A DNA stretch of 61,180 bases, taken from contig CAYZJS010000015.1 in assembly GCA_964478865.1 (NCBI GenBank), positions 1 to 61,180 of the forward strand, in the 5' to 3' direction. Made by a program: the position numbers and the translations under genes. The stretch is from an uncultured Thermodesulfatator sp. (GTDB lineage: Bacteria; Desulfobacterota; Dissulfuribacteria; Dissulfuribacterales; QOAL01). The notes beneath the pieces were generated by a model. The model was not told the origin of the DNA and did not search any database. It worked only from the letters and a program-made list of their open reading frames with translations. Each line of letters opens with the position of its first letter. Within the stretch, counting starts at the first letter, position 1. This document shows, piece after piece, positions 37,145 through 46,215 of the stretch.

Positions 37145-38527
37145 ATGAACAAAAAATACAGGCGTCCTGCCCGGTATTTAAAGGATATCCTCGGCGATGA
37201 ATATTTCCTGACCGATCCTGCAGATACCGCCTGTTATTCCTTTGACGCAAGCGGCCTGGAATCCATGCCCTGGGCAGTTGCCTTGCCAAAAGAGACCGTC
37301 CAGGTCAGCAAAATCCTTGAACTTGCCAGCCGGGAAGGCATCCCAGTGGTTCCCCGGGGTGCCGGCAGCGGAACCACAGGTGCCTCAATCCCTGTATCTG
37401 AAAGCCTGGTGGTAAGCCTTGCCAGGATGAACAGGATAAAATCCATAAATCCGGTTGAGTTGTCGGCCGTGGTGGAGCCTGGTGTCATCACCGGGCATCT
37501 CCAGGAGGCAGTCCGGGAAAAGGGGCTTTTCTATCCACCCGATCCCGCAAGCCTTTCTTTTTGCACCATTGGAGGAAACGTAAATACCTGCGCCGGAGGG
37601 GCTCGGGCTGTCAAGTACGGTGTTACCCGGGACTATGTGCGGGCCCTCGAGGTGGTCCTGGCAGGTGGCAAGGTAATAAGGATGGGTGCATCTACTGCAA
37701 AGGGGGTCGTGGGCTATGACCTCAGGCACCTCTTCGTTGGCGCAGAAGGTACCCTCGGGATAGTCACTGAGATAACCCTGAAGCTTTTGCCCCTGCCGGA
37801 GGCAGTGGGCACGGCGGCAGCCGTGTTTGAATCAAGCAGTGCCGCCATGGATGCTGTCACCTGCCTTTTCAGGTCCGGAATCCTCCCGCGCTGTGCAGAG
37901 TTCATGGACCGGATGAGCCTTGGATGCGTAAGAAAGCAGTTGCCCTTTGACGTGGGATCAGGGGCAGAAGCCCTTCTCCTGGTGGAGGTGGATGGCCAGG
38001 AAACATCCATTTCTCCCCAGATGGAGAAGGTGACAGGTTGTCTCATTTCCGGCGGTGCCAAGGACGTTTTCAGGGCTTCTGGTGCCCGGGATGCAGAAAG
38101 TCTGTGGCGTGCCAGGCGCGGGCTTTCACCTGCAATAAAGGGGCTCGGGTTTGATGTGAAGATCAGCGAGGATATCTGCGTTCCAAGGTCGAAGCTTTCA
38201 GCCATGCTGGATTTTTTGAGCCGGGCTGCCCGTGGTTTTCCAGTCACCATACTCACATTCGGGCATGCAGGTGATGGAAATCTTCATGTAAATCTGTTAT
38301 TTAACAGGGAGGAAGTGGATTCAGAGGCAAAGATCCAGGAGCTCATAGGGGTTATCATGAAGAAAACCCTTGAGCTTGGAGGGACTATCTCCGGGGAACA
38401 CGGGATAGGCCTTTCAAAGAAGCCCTTTATAAGGCTAGAATTGACAGGGGAAGTGCTGGAGCTTCACAGGCACATAAAGGAAGTCTTTGATCCTGGAAAT
38501 ATATTGAATCCCCACAAGGTATTTTGA
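37145..38527 (+). CDS. FAD-linked oxidase (GlcD/D-lactate dehydrogenase family)
   Basis: 460 aa with an FAD-binding PCMH domain (VVPRGAGSGTTGAS) and a C-terminal ..GTISGEHGIG.. motif. Confidence 0.85.
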   Translation: MNKKYRRPARYLKDILGDEYFLTDPADTACYSFDASGLESMPWAVALPKETVQVSKILELASREGIPVVPRGAGSGTTGASIPVSESLVVSLARMNRIKSINPVELSAVVEPGVITGHLQEAVREKGLFYPPDPASLSFCTIGGNVNTCAGGARAVKYGVTRDYVRALEVVLAGGKVIRMGASTAKGVVGYDLRHLFVGAEGTLGIVTEITLKLLPLPEAVGTAAAVFESSSAAMDAVTCLFRSGILPRCAEFMDRMSLGCVRKQLPFDVGSGAEALLLVEVDGQETSISPQMEKVTGCLISGGAKDVFRASGARDAESLWRARRGLSPAIKGLGFDVKISEDICVPRSKLSAMLDFLSRAARGFPVTILTFGHAGDGNLHVNLLFNREEVDSEAKIQELIGVIMKKTLELGGTISGEHGIGLSKKPFIRLELTGEVLELHRHIKEVFDPGNILNPHKVF

Positions 38528-38620
38528 GCCCTCTAGCCGGTGGCCTTTTCCAAGCCTTTTCTTAAGGGTGGCCTTGGAAGTGCCCAAGCCTGCAGGACGT
38601 TACAGGAGGAATCTTTGAAC

Positions 38621-39325
38621 ATGCTGGTATCAGGGATCATAGCTGCTGGAGGTACAGGAACCAGGCTTGGAGAGCAGGAGCCCAAGCAGTTTCTCGATCT
38701 TGGGGGCAAGCCGGTTATTGCCTGGAGTCTTGAAGCCTTTTCATTTGCCAGTGAAATAGGAGAGATCATCCTGGTCAGCCCTGTGGATTACGTGGAAAAG
38801 GCCACCAAGTATGCGGAAAAATACTGCATAGGTAAGACCTTCCACGTGGTTACAGGAGGGGCCAGCAGGCAGGAATCCGTATTAAACGGTCTCAAGGCAT
38901 CGTCCAGGAACCTCAACTGGGTTGCTGTTCACGATGCGGCACGACCATTTGTCACCTCGCAGGAGGTGGACTCTGTCTGCCTCATGGCAAGGGACGTAGG
39001 CGCTGCCATAGCTGCGGCAAAGATAGTTGATACCGTAAAGGAGGTGCACAGCCAGATCATCACCAGGACGCTGGATAGATCTGTCCTCGTCTCGGCCCTC
39101 ACCCCCCAGGTATGCAGGAAGGATGACCTGTTGTCCGCATATGAGGTGGCCTCCCAGACCGGTTTCAAGGCGACCGACGAGGCAAGCCTCCTGGAAAACG
39201 CCGGAATAAGCGTGGCGGTATATTTCGGGTCTTCCCTGAATTTCAAGATAACAACATCAACTGACCTTCAAATAGCAAGGGCCGTTGCACAGTACCTGGA
39301 GGGCCACGACACCAGTGAATCATAA
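38621..39325 (+). CDS. ispD: 2-C-methyl-D-erythritol 4-phosphate cytidylyltransferase
   Basis: ATG at 38621 preceded by AGGAGGA (ORF 38540..39325). Contains [12 protein letters not shown] and ..[10 protein letters not shown]... Confidence 0.88.
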   Translation: MLVSGIIAAGGTGTRLGEQEPKQFLDLGGKPVIAWSLEAFSFASEIGEIILVSPVDYVEKATKYAEKYCIGKTFHVVTGGASRQESVLNGLKASSRNLNWVAVHDAARPFVTSQEVDSVCLMARDVGAAIAAAKIVDTVKEVHSQIITRTLDRSVLVSALTPQVCRKDDLLSAYEVASQTGFKATDEASLLENAGISVAVYFGSSLNFKITTSTDLQIARAVAQYLEGHDTSES

Positions 39326-39809
39326 CAGCCCGGATATCAGGACAGGGTTTGGCTACGACGTGCACAGGCTGACAGGGGGAAGGAAGCTTGTCCTTGGAGG
39401 AGTTGAGATCCCTTACAAGCTGGGGCTCCTGGGCCATTCAGATGCAGACGTGCTTCTCCATGCAATCTGCGACGCCCTTCTCGGTGCAGCCGGCCTGGGG
39501 GACATCGGGCGCCATTTCCCGGATTCGGATCCTGCCTACAAGGGCATTTCAAGCCTGCTTCTGCTGGAAAACGTGGGAATCAAGCTCTCCTCATCAGGCT
39601 GGAAGCCAAACAACATCGACAGCACCATTGTTGCCCAGAAACCCAGGCTTTCTTCCCATATCCCGAAAATGACTGAAAACATCGCCTCGGCCCTTGAAAT
39701 GCCGGCAGAAAGGGTGAATGTCAAGGCGACCACCACGGAGGGCCTTGGATTTGCCGGGACGGGGCAGGGGATAGCGGCCTACAGCGTGGTGACCATTTTC
39801 AGGCCCTAG
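39315..39809 (+). CDS. ispF: 2-C-methyl-D-erythritol 2,4-cyclodiphosphate synthase
   Basis: ORF 39285..39809 with [20 protein letters not shown] and ..IVAQKPRL... The likely start is GTG 39315, overlapping the ispD stop; ATG 39285 is the alternative. Confidence 0.9.
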   Translation: MNHNSPDIRTGFGYDVHRLTGGRKLVLGGVEIPYKLGLLGHSDADVLLHAICDALLGAAGLGDIGRHFPDSDPAYKGISSLLLLENVGIKLSSSGWKPNNIDSTIVAQKPRLSSHIPKMTENIASALEMPAERVNVKATTTEGLGFAGTGQGIAAYSVVTIFRP

Positions 39810-41137
39810 GGTGCGGCATTTCCCTGCACGGGCTTGCAACCCATGGCCACTCCCGTTGGGACAGCGGTAAAAAGCCAGTACATGGTGGCCGAGCCGTGCA
39901 AGAATCCGTCTGTGACCATGTTGGTGCCCCAGAACATCAGCATGAATATCAGGGCCGTCGCCATTAGAGTCCTTTCAGGTGCGCGCCTGCCTTTTTTCAA
40001 GCACCGTATGAAGAGCCATGCCTGGATACAGATGATGGCAGAAAGGGCCAGGGCTCCCTGGACCCCCATGTAGTAGGCGAAATTCAAAAGCGTGTTGTGT
40101 CCGTGGAGGAGGCCGGCCTCTTTAACCAGCTTTGGCCTGTATTCCTTTATCAGCTTTTTCCCAAGCCCTCTGGGTCTTAGCGGGTCCTTGATCACTTCCC
40201 TGGCAAAGGTCCTGTAGGTGCTCACCCTCAAGGGAATCGAGCCTCCGAGCTGGCGGGCCTTTTCTATCTCACCCTTTAAAATGAGCTGCCAGTCCTCCCT
40301 GACAAAATGTTTCATGTTTCCGGAAACAACTACCATCGTTCCAAGTGCAGCAATGAATAAAAGCGCACTCACCAGGGGCTTGCTGGTTTTTCTGAAAAAG
40401 ATCTGGGAAGCTGCAAAACCGGACACCACTGCAAGGATTGCCCCCCTCCGAGTGGTGGTCAGGAGCGTAAAGAGGTCCAGGAGAAATATGCAGATCTCCT
40501 TCAGGGAGAGCCTGCCGAAGACGGTTTTCACCGTCCAGAATGCGATCACAAGGGTCAGAAAGAGGCTGGTATGCTTGATGCCGTGAAAAACGCGGCAACC
40601 GTTTCCAAAGGCGAATACTGCCTCCCACCTGGTTAGGGGGCCCTGAATCTGGTCAGCCCAGGGAAAAAGTGGACTCGAAGGAAAAACAACCCATTGGAGC
40701 ATCAGGCCCAGATACGCACAGAGAAAAAGGGCGTTGGCCGTGATAACAGAGCGCTCCCACCTGATTGAGTTCGGGCAGTTGGACACGAGTATTGCCACGG
40801 AACCGAAAAGAACCGTATTCAGGAAGAAATCTTCGAAAAAGACCTTGAGAGAGTAGGCCGGGTTCGGGCTGAAAAAGACGGAAAAAAGGGCAAAAAGGTT
40901 TAAAATTGCCAGAAATATTCCAAGTGGCGACCTGATAAATTCTGCCAGCGAAAGGGACGGGGAAACCTGCCTTTCTTTAAGCAGGATATGCCACGAAAGG
41001 GCTATTGTTGCCAGGGAAAAAAGGTAGCGGGTTGTAGGGCCTATGGCAAAAGGAATGAGGGCCAGGTAGATGGTGAAAAGAACGTTCAGCCGCGGGTTGT
41101 TGCCGGGATCTTTGAAGGGATTAAGGCTTTCCATCAT
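39806..41137 (-). CDS. O-antigen ligase/polymerase-family (Wzy_C) membrane protein
   Basis: 443 aa with about 10-12 TM segments and a large loop containing ..RRGAILAVV.. typical of WaaL-like proteins. LPS gene context. Confidence 0.7.
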   Translation of the reverse strand: MMESLNPFKDPGNNPRLNVLFTIYLALIPFAIGPTTRYLFSLATIALSWHILLKERQVSPSLSLAEFIRSPLGIFLAILNLFALFSVFFSPNPAYSLKVFFEDFFLNTVLFGSVAILVSNCPNSIRWERSVITANALFLCAYLGLMLQWVVFPSSPLFPWADQIQGPLTRWEAVFAFGNGCRVFHGIKHTSLFLTLVIAFWTVKTVFGRLSLKEICIFLLDLFTLLTTTRRGAILAVVSGFAASQIFFRKTSKPLVSALLFIAALGTMVVVSGNMKHFVREDWQLILKGEIEKARQLGGSIPLRVSTYRTFAREVIKDPLRPRGLGKKLIKEYRPKLVKEAGLLHGHNTLLNFAYYMGVQGALALSAIICIQAWLFIRCLKKGRRAPERTLMATALIFMLMFWGTNMVTDGFLHGSATMYWLFTAVPTGVAMGCKPVQGNAAP

Positions 41138-41145
41138 GGTCAGGG

Positions 41146-42300
41146 TTAAACGTCCGTTCCCGCGCTGAACTGCCTGTATACGTCAAGGGTGGCCTGTTCC
41201 ATGGCCTCCCTGCTGAACCGGTTTCTTACATGGACTCTTGCACGTCTTCCCATTTCTTCAAGCCCTTCTTTGTCCATGGAGCGGAACCTTTCCATGGCAG
41301 CTGCCAGGGCCCTTTCATCCCGGGGGCTTACCACCTCCCCGATCAGGGCCTTGGTTTCAAATATATCCCTTATTCCGGAGATGTCGGTTGAGATCACCGG
41401 AAGGCCGGAGGCCATTGCCTCTAGTATGGCCACTCCCAGCCCTTCCCGGAAGGAAGGATGCACGAAGCAGTCAAAGGCCTTCATTGCCTCTGGAACCTGG
41501 TGGTAATCAACCCTGCCGGTAAAATGGCACTTTTCTTCAGTGCCAAGTTCCCCTGCAAGCTGTTTGAGTCGTTCTTCAAGGGGCCCGTCTCCAACGACTG
41601 CAAGCCTGGTGTCAGGAAATCTTTCCATCACCCTTTTAAAGGCCAAAAGGAGGATGTCATGGCATTTCGCCTTCTTGAGCCTGGCCACAATGCCAAAATA
41701 AAATCCCTCTTCCGGAACGCCCAAAAATTTCCTGGCCTCTCTCTTGGATGTGGTTACATGGAAGCGCTCCATGTCAACGCCGTTATGTATCACGCATAAT
41801 TTCCTGCTGGGAAACCAGCCTGCCTTTGAGGCCACATAATCCCTTACCCCCTGGCTTACGCATATCACCTTGCTGATCCTTCTGCCGATAAAGCGGAAGA
41901 CAAGCCTCCTGTTCCAGTTCCTCAGGACGTTTGTAGCCCTGACCGTATAGAAAAGGGCATGAGCTCCAGTGCCCCTAATTGCAAACCCGGCGTGGACAAG
42001 GGGCCTGTGACGCTGGCAGTGCACAATCGAGATTTTTTTTTCATCCATGACCCTTTTCAGTTTCTTCACCGTTGCCAGGCTGAACTTCCTGAATTGGTCC
42101 CGGGTAAGCCCCAGGGATATGGCCGGTATGCCATCTTGTGCCATGAAGGAGTCCTTTTCGTTTCCGTAAAAATAACAGATGGTGGGGTTGAATTCCTCCC
42201 GTGAAAGTGCCTTCAGGACATACTGGTGGACAGGCTTGTCCTTTGAAGGATCATCGAGGATGTAAAGTGTGTTTATTTTGCCAGGCATTTTTATGTTCAA
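41146..42300 (-). CDS. Glycosyltransferase, GT4 (GT-B fold)
   Basis: 384 aa with ..FVHPSFREGLGVAILEAMASGLPVISTD.. (EX7E region). Confidence 0.85.
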   Translation of the reverse strand: MNIKMPGKINTLYILDDPSKDKPVHQYVLKALSREEFNPTICYFYGNEKDSFMAQDGIPAISLGLTRDQFRKFSLATVKKLKRVMDEKKISIVHCQRHRPLVHAGFAIRGTGAHALFYTVRATNVLRNWNRRLVFRFIGRRISKVICVSQGVRDYVASKAGWFPSRKLCVIHNGVDMERFHVTTSKREARKFLGVPEEGFYFGIVARLKKAKCHDILLLAFKRVMERFPDTRLAVVGDGPLEERLKQLAGELGTEEKCHFTGRVDYHQVPEAMKAFDCFVHPSFREGLGVAILEAMASGLPVISTDISGIRDIFETKALIGEVVSPRDERALAAAMERFRSMDKEGLEEMGRRARVHVRNRFSREAMEQATLDVYRQFSAGTDV

Positions 42301-42538
42301 AGGATATTTTTTGCGGTTCCTCCGGCAAAAGAGTACCTAATGCCGAGCCCAAAGACCCTGTCCAAAAAGATCAGTCATACCTCCTTGGTCTTCAATAGAA
42401 GATGCACGGGATGCAAGAAAGAGTCAAGGTAAAGCTGCCGAAACATCCATATGGCCGGCATAACCGAGCGACCTGTAAACAAAAGGCCCGAAAGAAAAGG
42501 AATAATAACCATAGTTTTTAGACAGACCAAGGGTATGC

Positions 42539-42717
42539 GGCAGGGGAGCCCTTTCGGAGACAGGAAAGCAGGCCCAAGAGATTCTAAGGGCTCGGCTTCG
42601 CTGAAACCCTCCAAAGCCGCTCGCTTGCGCTCGCTAAATGGAGGTTTCGGGCGCTCTGCTTCGCCCAAGAATCTCTATGGCCTATTCCCAACGTCTCCAT
42701 CAAAGCCATCCCCTGCC
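42539..42717. repeat. Copy A of a roughly 180-bp imperfectly self-palindromic repeat element
   Basis: The left arm GGCAGGGGAGCCCTTTCGGAGAC.. pairs with the right arm ..GTCTCCATCAAAGCCATCCCCTGCC. The central 65 nt (42591-42655) equals the reverse complement of 44379-44443 with one mismatch. Confidence 0.7.
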
Positions 42718-43464
42718 TCGGTCCGACCACGGCTCCTGCGCCTCACCCCCTTGACCTTTTTCATGAGGCTACTTCGAAAAAGATGTCCTTTTCAGTTTGA
42801 GCCTTACGTGTTTTCCCCATTGAGCTATCCCGTCTTCGTTTATTACAGGGTTTTCTCCTGGTGTTTTCATAATCGTGATTAATTTTATTATTATACTCAT
42901 TTTAAGCATAAAAATATTTTTGAGGTGAGATTATGAAACATTCAGGGCAAACGATGGCTCACCAGGCTGGCTCCTGTCCGGATTGTCACAGGAAAAGTAA
43001 GCCCGGATCAAGCAAGCCACAAGGGGATGGCAATTTTACAAAATCTGCCACCTTATCGAGGAGTTGAAATATCCCTGTATATCTGCACCCTTGATGCCTT
43101 ATGTCTTCGGCAAACTTGCCAGCTGCATAAGACGGGATAAGGGTCATATCGGCCATGAAGAGAGGAAAAGATACGTGGCCCCGGCAGTTTTCGAAGAAAA
43201 ATGGATGAAAAAGAAACTTATGGCTTAACTCCGATTCCACTAAATAGGGGCAGGATCACTTCGACCAATGAAGTGGATAACCCGGGTTAAAGACAGGATT
43301 CGCCGTCTCTGGTAAATGGGTTTGGAGTCTTTTGGGCAACCAGGTCAAAATGTCCAAGATTCAGGTAGCAAGATATAAATGCCGATTACAAGGTAGGCGT
43401 TGAAAACAGGGAATTTTCAACAGTCAATAGACGGATCTGCTTCATAACAAAAAGTAACAAAGAC

Positions 43465-43962
43465 GTGAAATTTTCCTTCCAGACATTTTCTTGTTGCAGG
43501 CGATATAAACTGACGATTGTTGGTATTTTTCTGTCTGTTTCAATAGCTGTGTTATCCAATATCTTTGATCTAGATCCCTTTGATCACTTGGTAATATTCT
43601 TCAGTTCAGTTGAACAGTATGAAATTGACGAAATCTTCATAGGCGGTCTGGTTTTTCTTTTTTTCTTAGTGGCAGACTTGATATCGCGGCGTAGAGACCA
43701 GAAAGTAGAGATGGAGAAGGTCAAGATTTATCGTGCAATGATCAATTCTTCCCACCACATATTAAATAACTTTCTTAATCAAATGCTCATCTTCAAAATG
43801 ACCGCAGAGGACACTCCCGGCTTTGATCCAAAGATCCTGAGACTTTTTGACGAGATCATTTCTGATGCCCGACACCAGATAGATGCCCTCAGCACCATTG
43901 CTGAAATCAGTCAGGAAGCTATCGAAGAGTCCATAAAACCAAAGCCGCCTCCAACTCAGTAA
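43465..43962 (+). CDS. Hypothetical membrane protein with an orphan histidine-kinase DHp-like segment (no ATPase domain)
   Basis: 165 aa with a GTG start and two predicted TM helices. This is followed by ..KIYRAMINSSHHILNNFLNQMLIF..DARHQIDALSTI.., which resembles an H-box/dimerisation helix pair. The gene is AT-rich relative to its neighbours. A short hairpin CCGGGTC/GACCGGG lies at 43980-43998 downstream. Confidence 0.4.
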   Translation: MKFSFQTFSCCRRYKLTIVGIFLSVSIAVLSNIFDLDPFDHLVIFFSSVEQYEIDEIFIGGLVFLFFLVADLISRRRDQKVEMEKVKIYRAMINSSHHILNNFLNQMLIFKMTAEDTPGFDPKILRLFDEIISDARHQIDALSTIAEISQEAIEESIKPKPPPTQ

Positions 43963-44311
43963 GGACCTATTAGAGATGGCCGGGTCTTTTTGACCGGGAG
44001 GGTGCCAATTTTTTCATAATTCTAGGAATCTTTCGCATATTATCTTTTCAATATCCCTATTTCCACCGACATTATCTGTCTTGCATCTTTGGATTTGTTG
44101 TGCCTTAAACAATCGATTTTGTTGCCTTCAGGAAATAATCCCCTAAATATCAGGAACACGGTTATTTCTTTCATGCGCCTTTGCCCTTGAACCAAAAATT
44201 TTAGAGGAATCCTTAAGCCGTAAAAGCCTTTAAAGGTCTTCTAGTAAAAACTTCGGTGTAGCAACAACCCAGGAATCCTTTTTGAACAAACCCGCTTCCA
44301 ATCAGCTGCAA

Positions 44312-44501
44312 GCAAGGGGGCTGGAAGGGTTTTGGAAACTATTGGAAGTAGCCCGTTACAGATTCTTAGGCGGAGCGAAGCGCCCGAAACCTCCATTTAG
44401 CGAGCGTAAGCGAGCGGCTTTGGAGGGTTTCAGCGAAGCCGAGCCTTAGAAGCTGTTAGGGCGGATTCCTGTTTCCAAGGCCATTTCAGGCCCCACCTTG
44501 C
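44312..44501. repeat. Copy B (inverted relative to A) of the self-palindromic repeat element
   Basis: The left arm GCAAGGGGGCTGGAAGGGTTTTGGAAAC.. pairs with the right arm ..GTTTCCAAGGCCATTTCAGGCCCCACCTTGC. The core 44379-44443 is the reverse complement of 42591-42655. Confidence 0.7.
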
Positions 44502-44633
44502 CCTTCTCCTTGAGGCTACCTTAAAAATTGTCATAGCAGTCCTGTATCTGTCACCGCCGGTCGGGAAAGGCACATTTGGCAAAAGACATTGCATCTGGCC
44601 TGAAAAGACCATGGATTTTGCCAAAGCCCCTTT

Positions 44634-46187
44634 TTAATTGCCCTTTTTTGAAATGAGATTTTTCACCGTGCCAAGAATGGAAGCATGTTTGCCTGTCCAC
44701 GGGACGTGAAACCGGATGTAATGCTTTAGAAATAGACCAGTAAATTCAGCCGTATTTGTCAGTTTTTCAAGTGATCTGCACATGCAGGAAATGTCTGAAA
44801 TGCGCTCTTTGTCTTTCACCTCTTTTTCAATCCTGGTTGAATCCAGGTCAAATACCAGGAACTTGTGCGTCTTTTTCCCGCTCTGTGGCAAATAGACGAA
44901 GTTTGTGGCCTTGCAGTCGCCGTGGACCATGCCTTTTTCGTGCATCTGCCATATGAAAAAAGAAAGGTGTTTAAAAAAGGTATCGGCTGAAACCGGTTCG
45001 GACAGCGCCTTTATCATTCGAGCCCTGCTTGCCGCCGCGCTTTCAATCCAGGGAAAAAGCACCGCACCATAAACAGGCCTCCAGGGGTTTCGCGCCTGGA
45101 CCAGGACAAGGGGGCTTATTACTGAAATACCCCTAAAGGACAGCCTCCTTGAAAGCTCCCATGTCCTGATGGATCTTGGTGTCCTTAAAAGGTAGGAAAG
45201 GGATTTCAGGGTGGAGGAGCTGCGATAGGCCTTTATGAAGAAGTCCTTTCCCAGAAGCCTTGCCCTGATGCAGAGGGTGTGGCGCGAATCTTTCAGGATC
45301 TCCTTTGTGACATCCGGGTCCTCCAGAAAGTTTTCGGGCCTCAGCACCAGTTCTGCCAGGGCATCTTCCAGGCTGGCGTCTGCGGAGACATCCCGGATCA
45401 GCCGGAGTGGTCCCCTCCTGGAACCGACCTGCATGGCCCTTGTTTTCCTGCCTTCCTTTCCGGCATAATGTGCTCTCATGTTTGAAAGGCCTTTTTCCAG
45501 CACCATGTATCTTTTTGCCCGGTCCTTCAGGTCTTTAAGACCTCTCGAGGACAGATGTGAAACCGTCTCAAGGATATTTCTCTCGCTTACTCTGTCCATG
45601 AAAGGGGGCAGCACGTAGACAAGCTGTTCAATGATTTCCTGCCCGGAAAGTGGTCTGTCTTTCATCCTGGCCCTGTGCAGGTCCAGAAGGAAAAATCTTT
45701 CGGACTTTTCGTGGAAGAGGCAGTTATTTAGATGAAAGTCAGGCTGGAATACCCCGCAGGAAGCAAGTTCCATGAGAAATCCTGCAAAGAGGCTCTCAAA
45801 TCTCCTGATCTGTCTTCTTTTGAGCAGGCGTAAGCGTTTTTCAAGATAGACTTCAAGCTCAAGCCCCGGTGCCTCTTTTGCTGCAAAATAGCTCCAGCGC
45901 CCGAGGGATGCGTAGCCTGCAGGCATGGGAGTGATCTTCTTTTCCCAGAGCCTCCTGGAGATGGAAAATTCCTTTCGGGCAGGGTCTCTCAGCCTTCCAG
46001 GGGGGCCTGGTGCAAGCCTGAAGGCCTTTATGTAATAGCCGGAAGCATGGATGATCCTCCTCCTTTTCGCCTCCTTTACCATGCGGGCCTTTCTGTCTTC
46101 CCAGATCCTTCCGGGTAAAAATTCCGGATCGGTTATGGTCCAGGATGAAGAAGGAGGGCAGGGCCCGGGAAACACTTCGGGGTTCAT
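44634..46187 (-). CDS. Tandem (two-domain) lipopolysaccharide-kinase-family protein
   Basis: ORF 44634..46250. ATG 46187 (MNPEVFPG) avoids overlap with the upstream gene. The N-terminal half carries GVFQPDFHLNNCLF..FFLLDLHRAR. The C-terminal half carries MVHGDCKATNFVY..LVFDLDSTR. Both match the Kdo/WaaP-type kinase catalytic-loop pattern. Confidence 0.7.
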   Translation of the reverse strand: MNPEVFPGPCPPSSSWTITDPEFLPGRIWEDRKARMVKEAKRRRIIHASGYYIKAFRLAPGPPGRLRDPARKEFSISRRLWEKKITPMPAGYASLGRWSYFAAKEAPGLELEVYLEKRLRLLKRRQIRRFESLFAGFLMELASCGVFQPDFHLNNCLFHEKSERFFLLDLHRARMKDRPLSGQEIIEQLVYVLPPFMDRVSERNILETVSHLSSRGLKDLKDRAKRYMVLEKGLSNMRAHYAGKEGRKTRAMQVGSRRGPLRLIRDVSADASLEDALAELVLRPENFLEDPDVTKEILKDSRHTLCIRARLLGKDFFIKAYRSSSTLKSLSYLLRTPRSIRTWELSRRLSFRGISVISPLVLVQARNPWRPVYGAVLFPWIESAAASRARMIKALSEPVSADTFFKHLSFFIWQMHEKGMVHGDCKATNFVYLPQSGKKTHKFLVFDLDSTRIEKEVKDKERISDISCMCRSLEKLTNTAEFTGLFLKHYIRFHVPWTGKHASILGTVKNLISKKGN

Positions 46188-46215
46188 GCCGCCGGCTCTG
46201 CGGCCTTTTTCAGGA

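Noticed and set aside
39806-39809. 4-nt convergent overlap of ispF and the O-antigen-ligase-like gene at the palindrome CTAG
   Set aside because: Both stops fall within CCCTAGGG, a trivial consequence of the self-complementary TAG/CTA. No hairpin or regulatory structure is evident.
42375-42882. 97-aa (minus) and 143-aa (plus) ORFs across repeat copy A, and the 64-aa ORF 44430..44624 across copy B
   Set aside because: They are translations of the palindromic repeat. The same peptide-like strings appear because the DNA is repeated and self-complementary. They have no RBS and no coding-like composition.
42933-43067. 44-codon ORF with a CPDCH (CXXCH-like) motif, considered as a possible mini-cytochrome
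   Set aside because: It has no signal peptide, so covalent haem attachment in the periplasm is implausible. A single CXXCH in a short AT-rich-islet ORF can occur by chance. It is kept only as a note in the islet finding.
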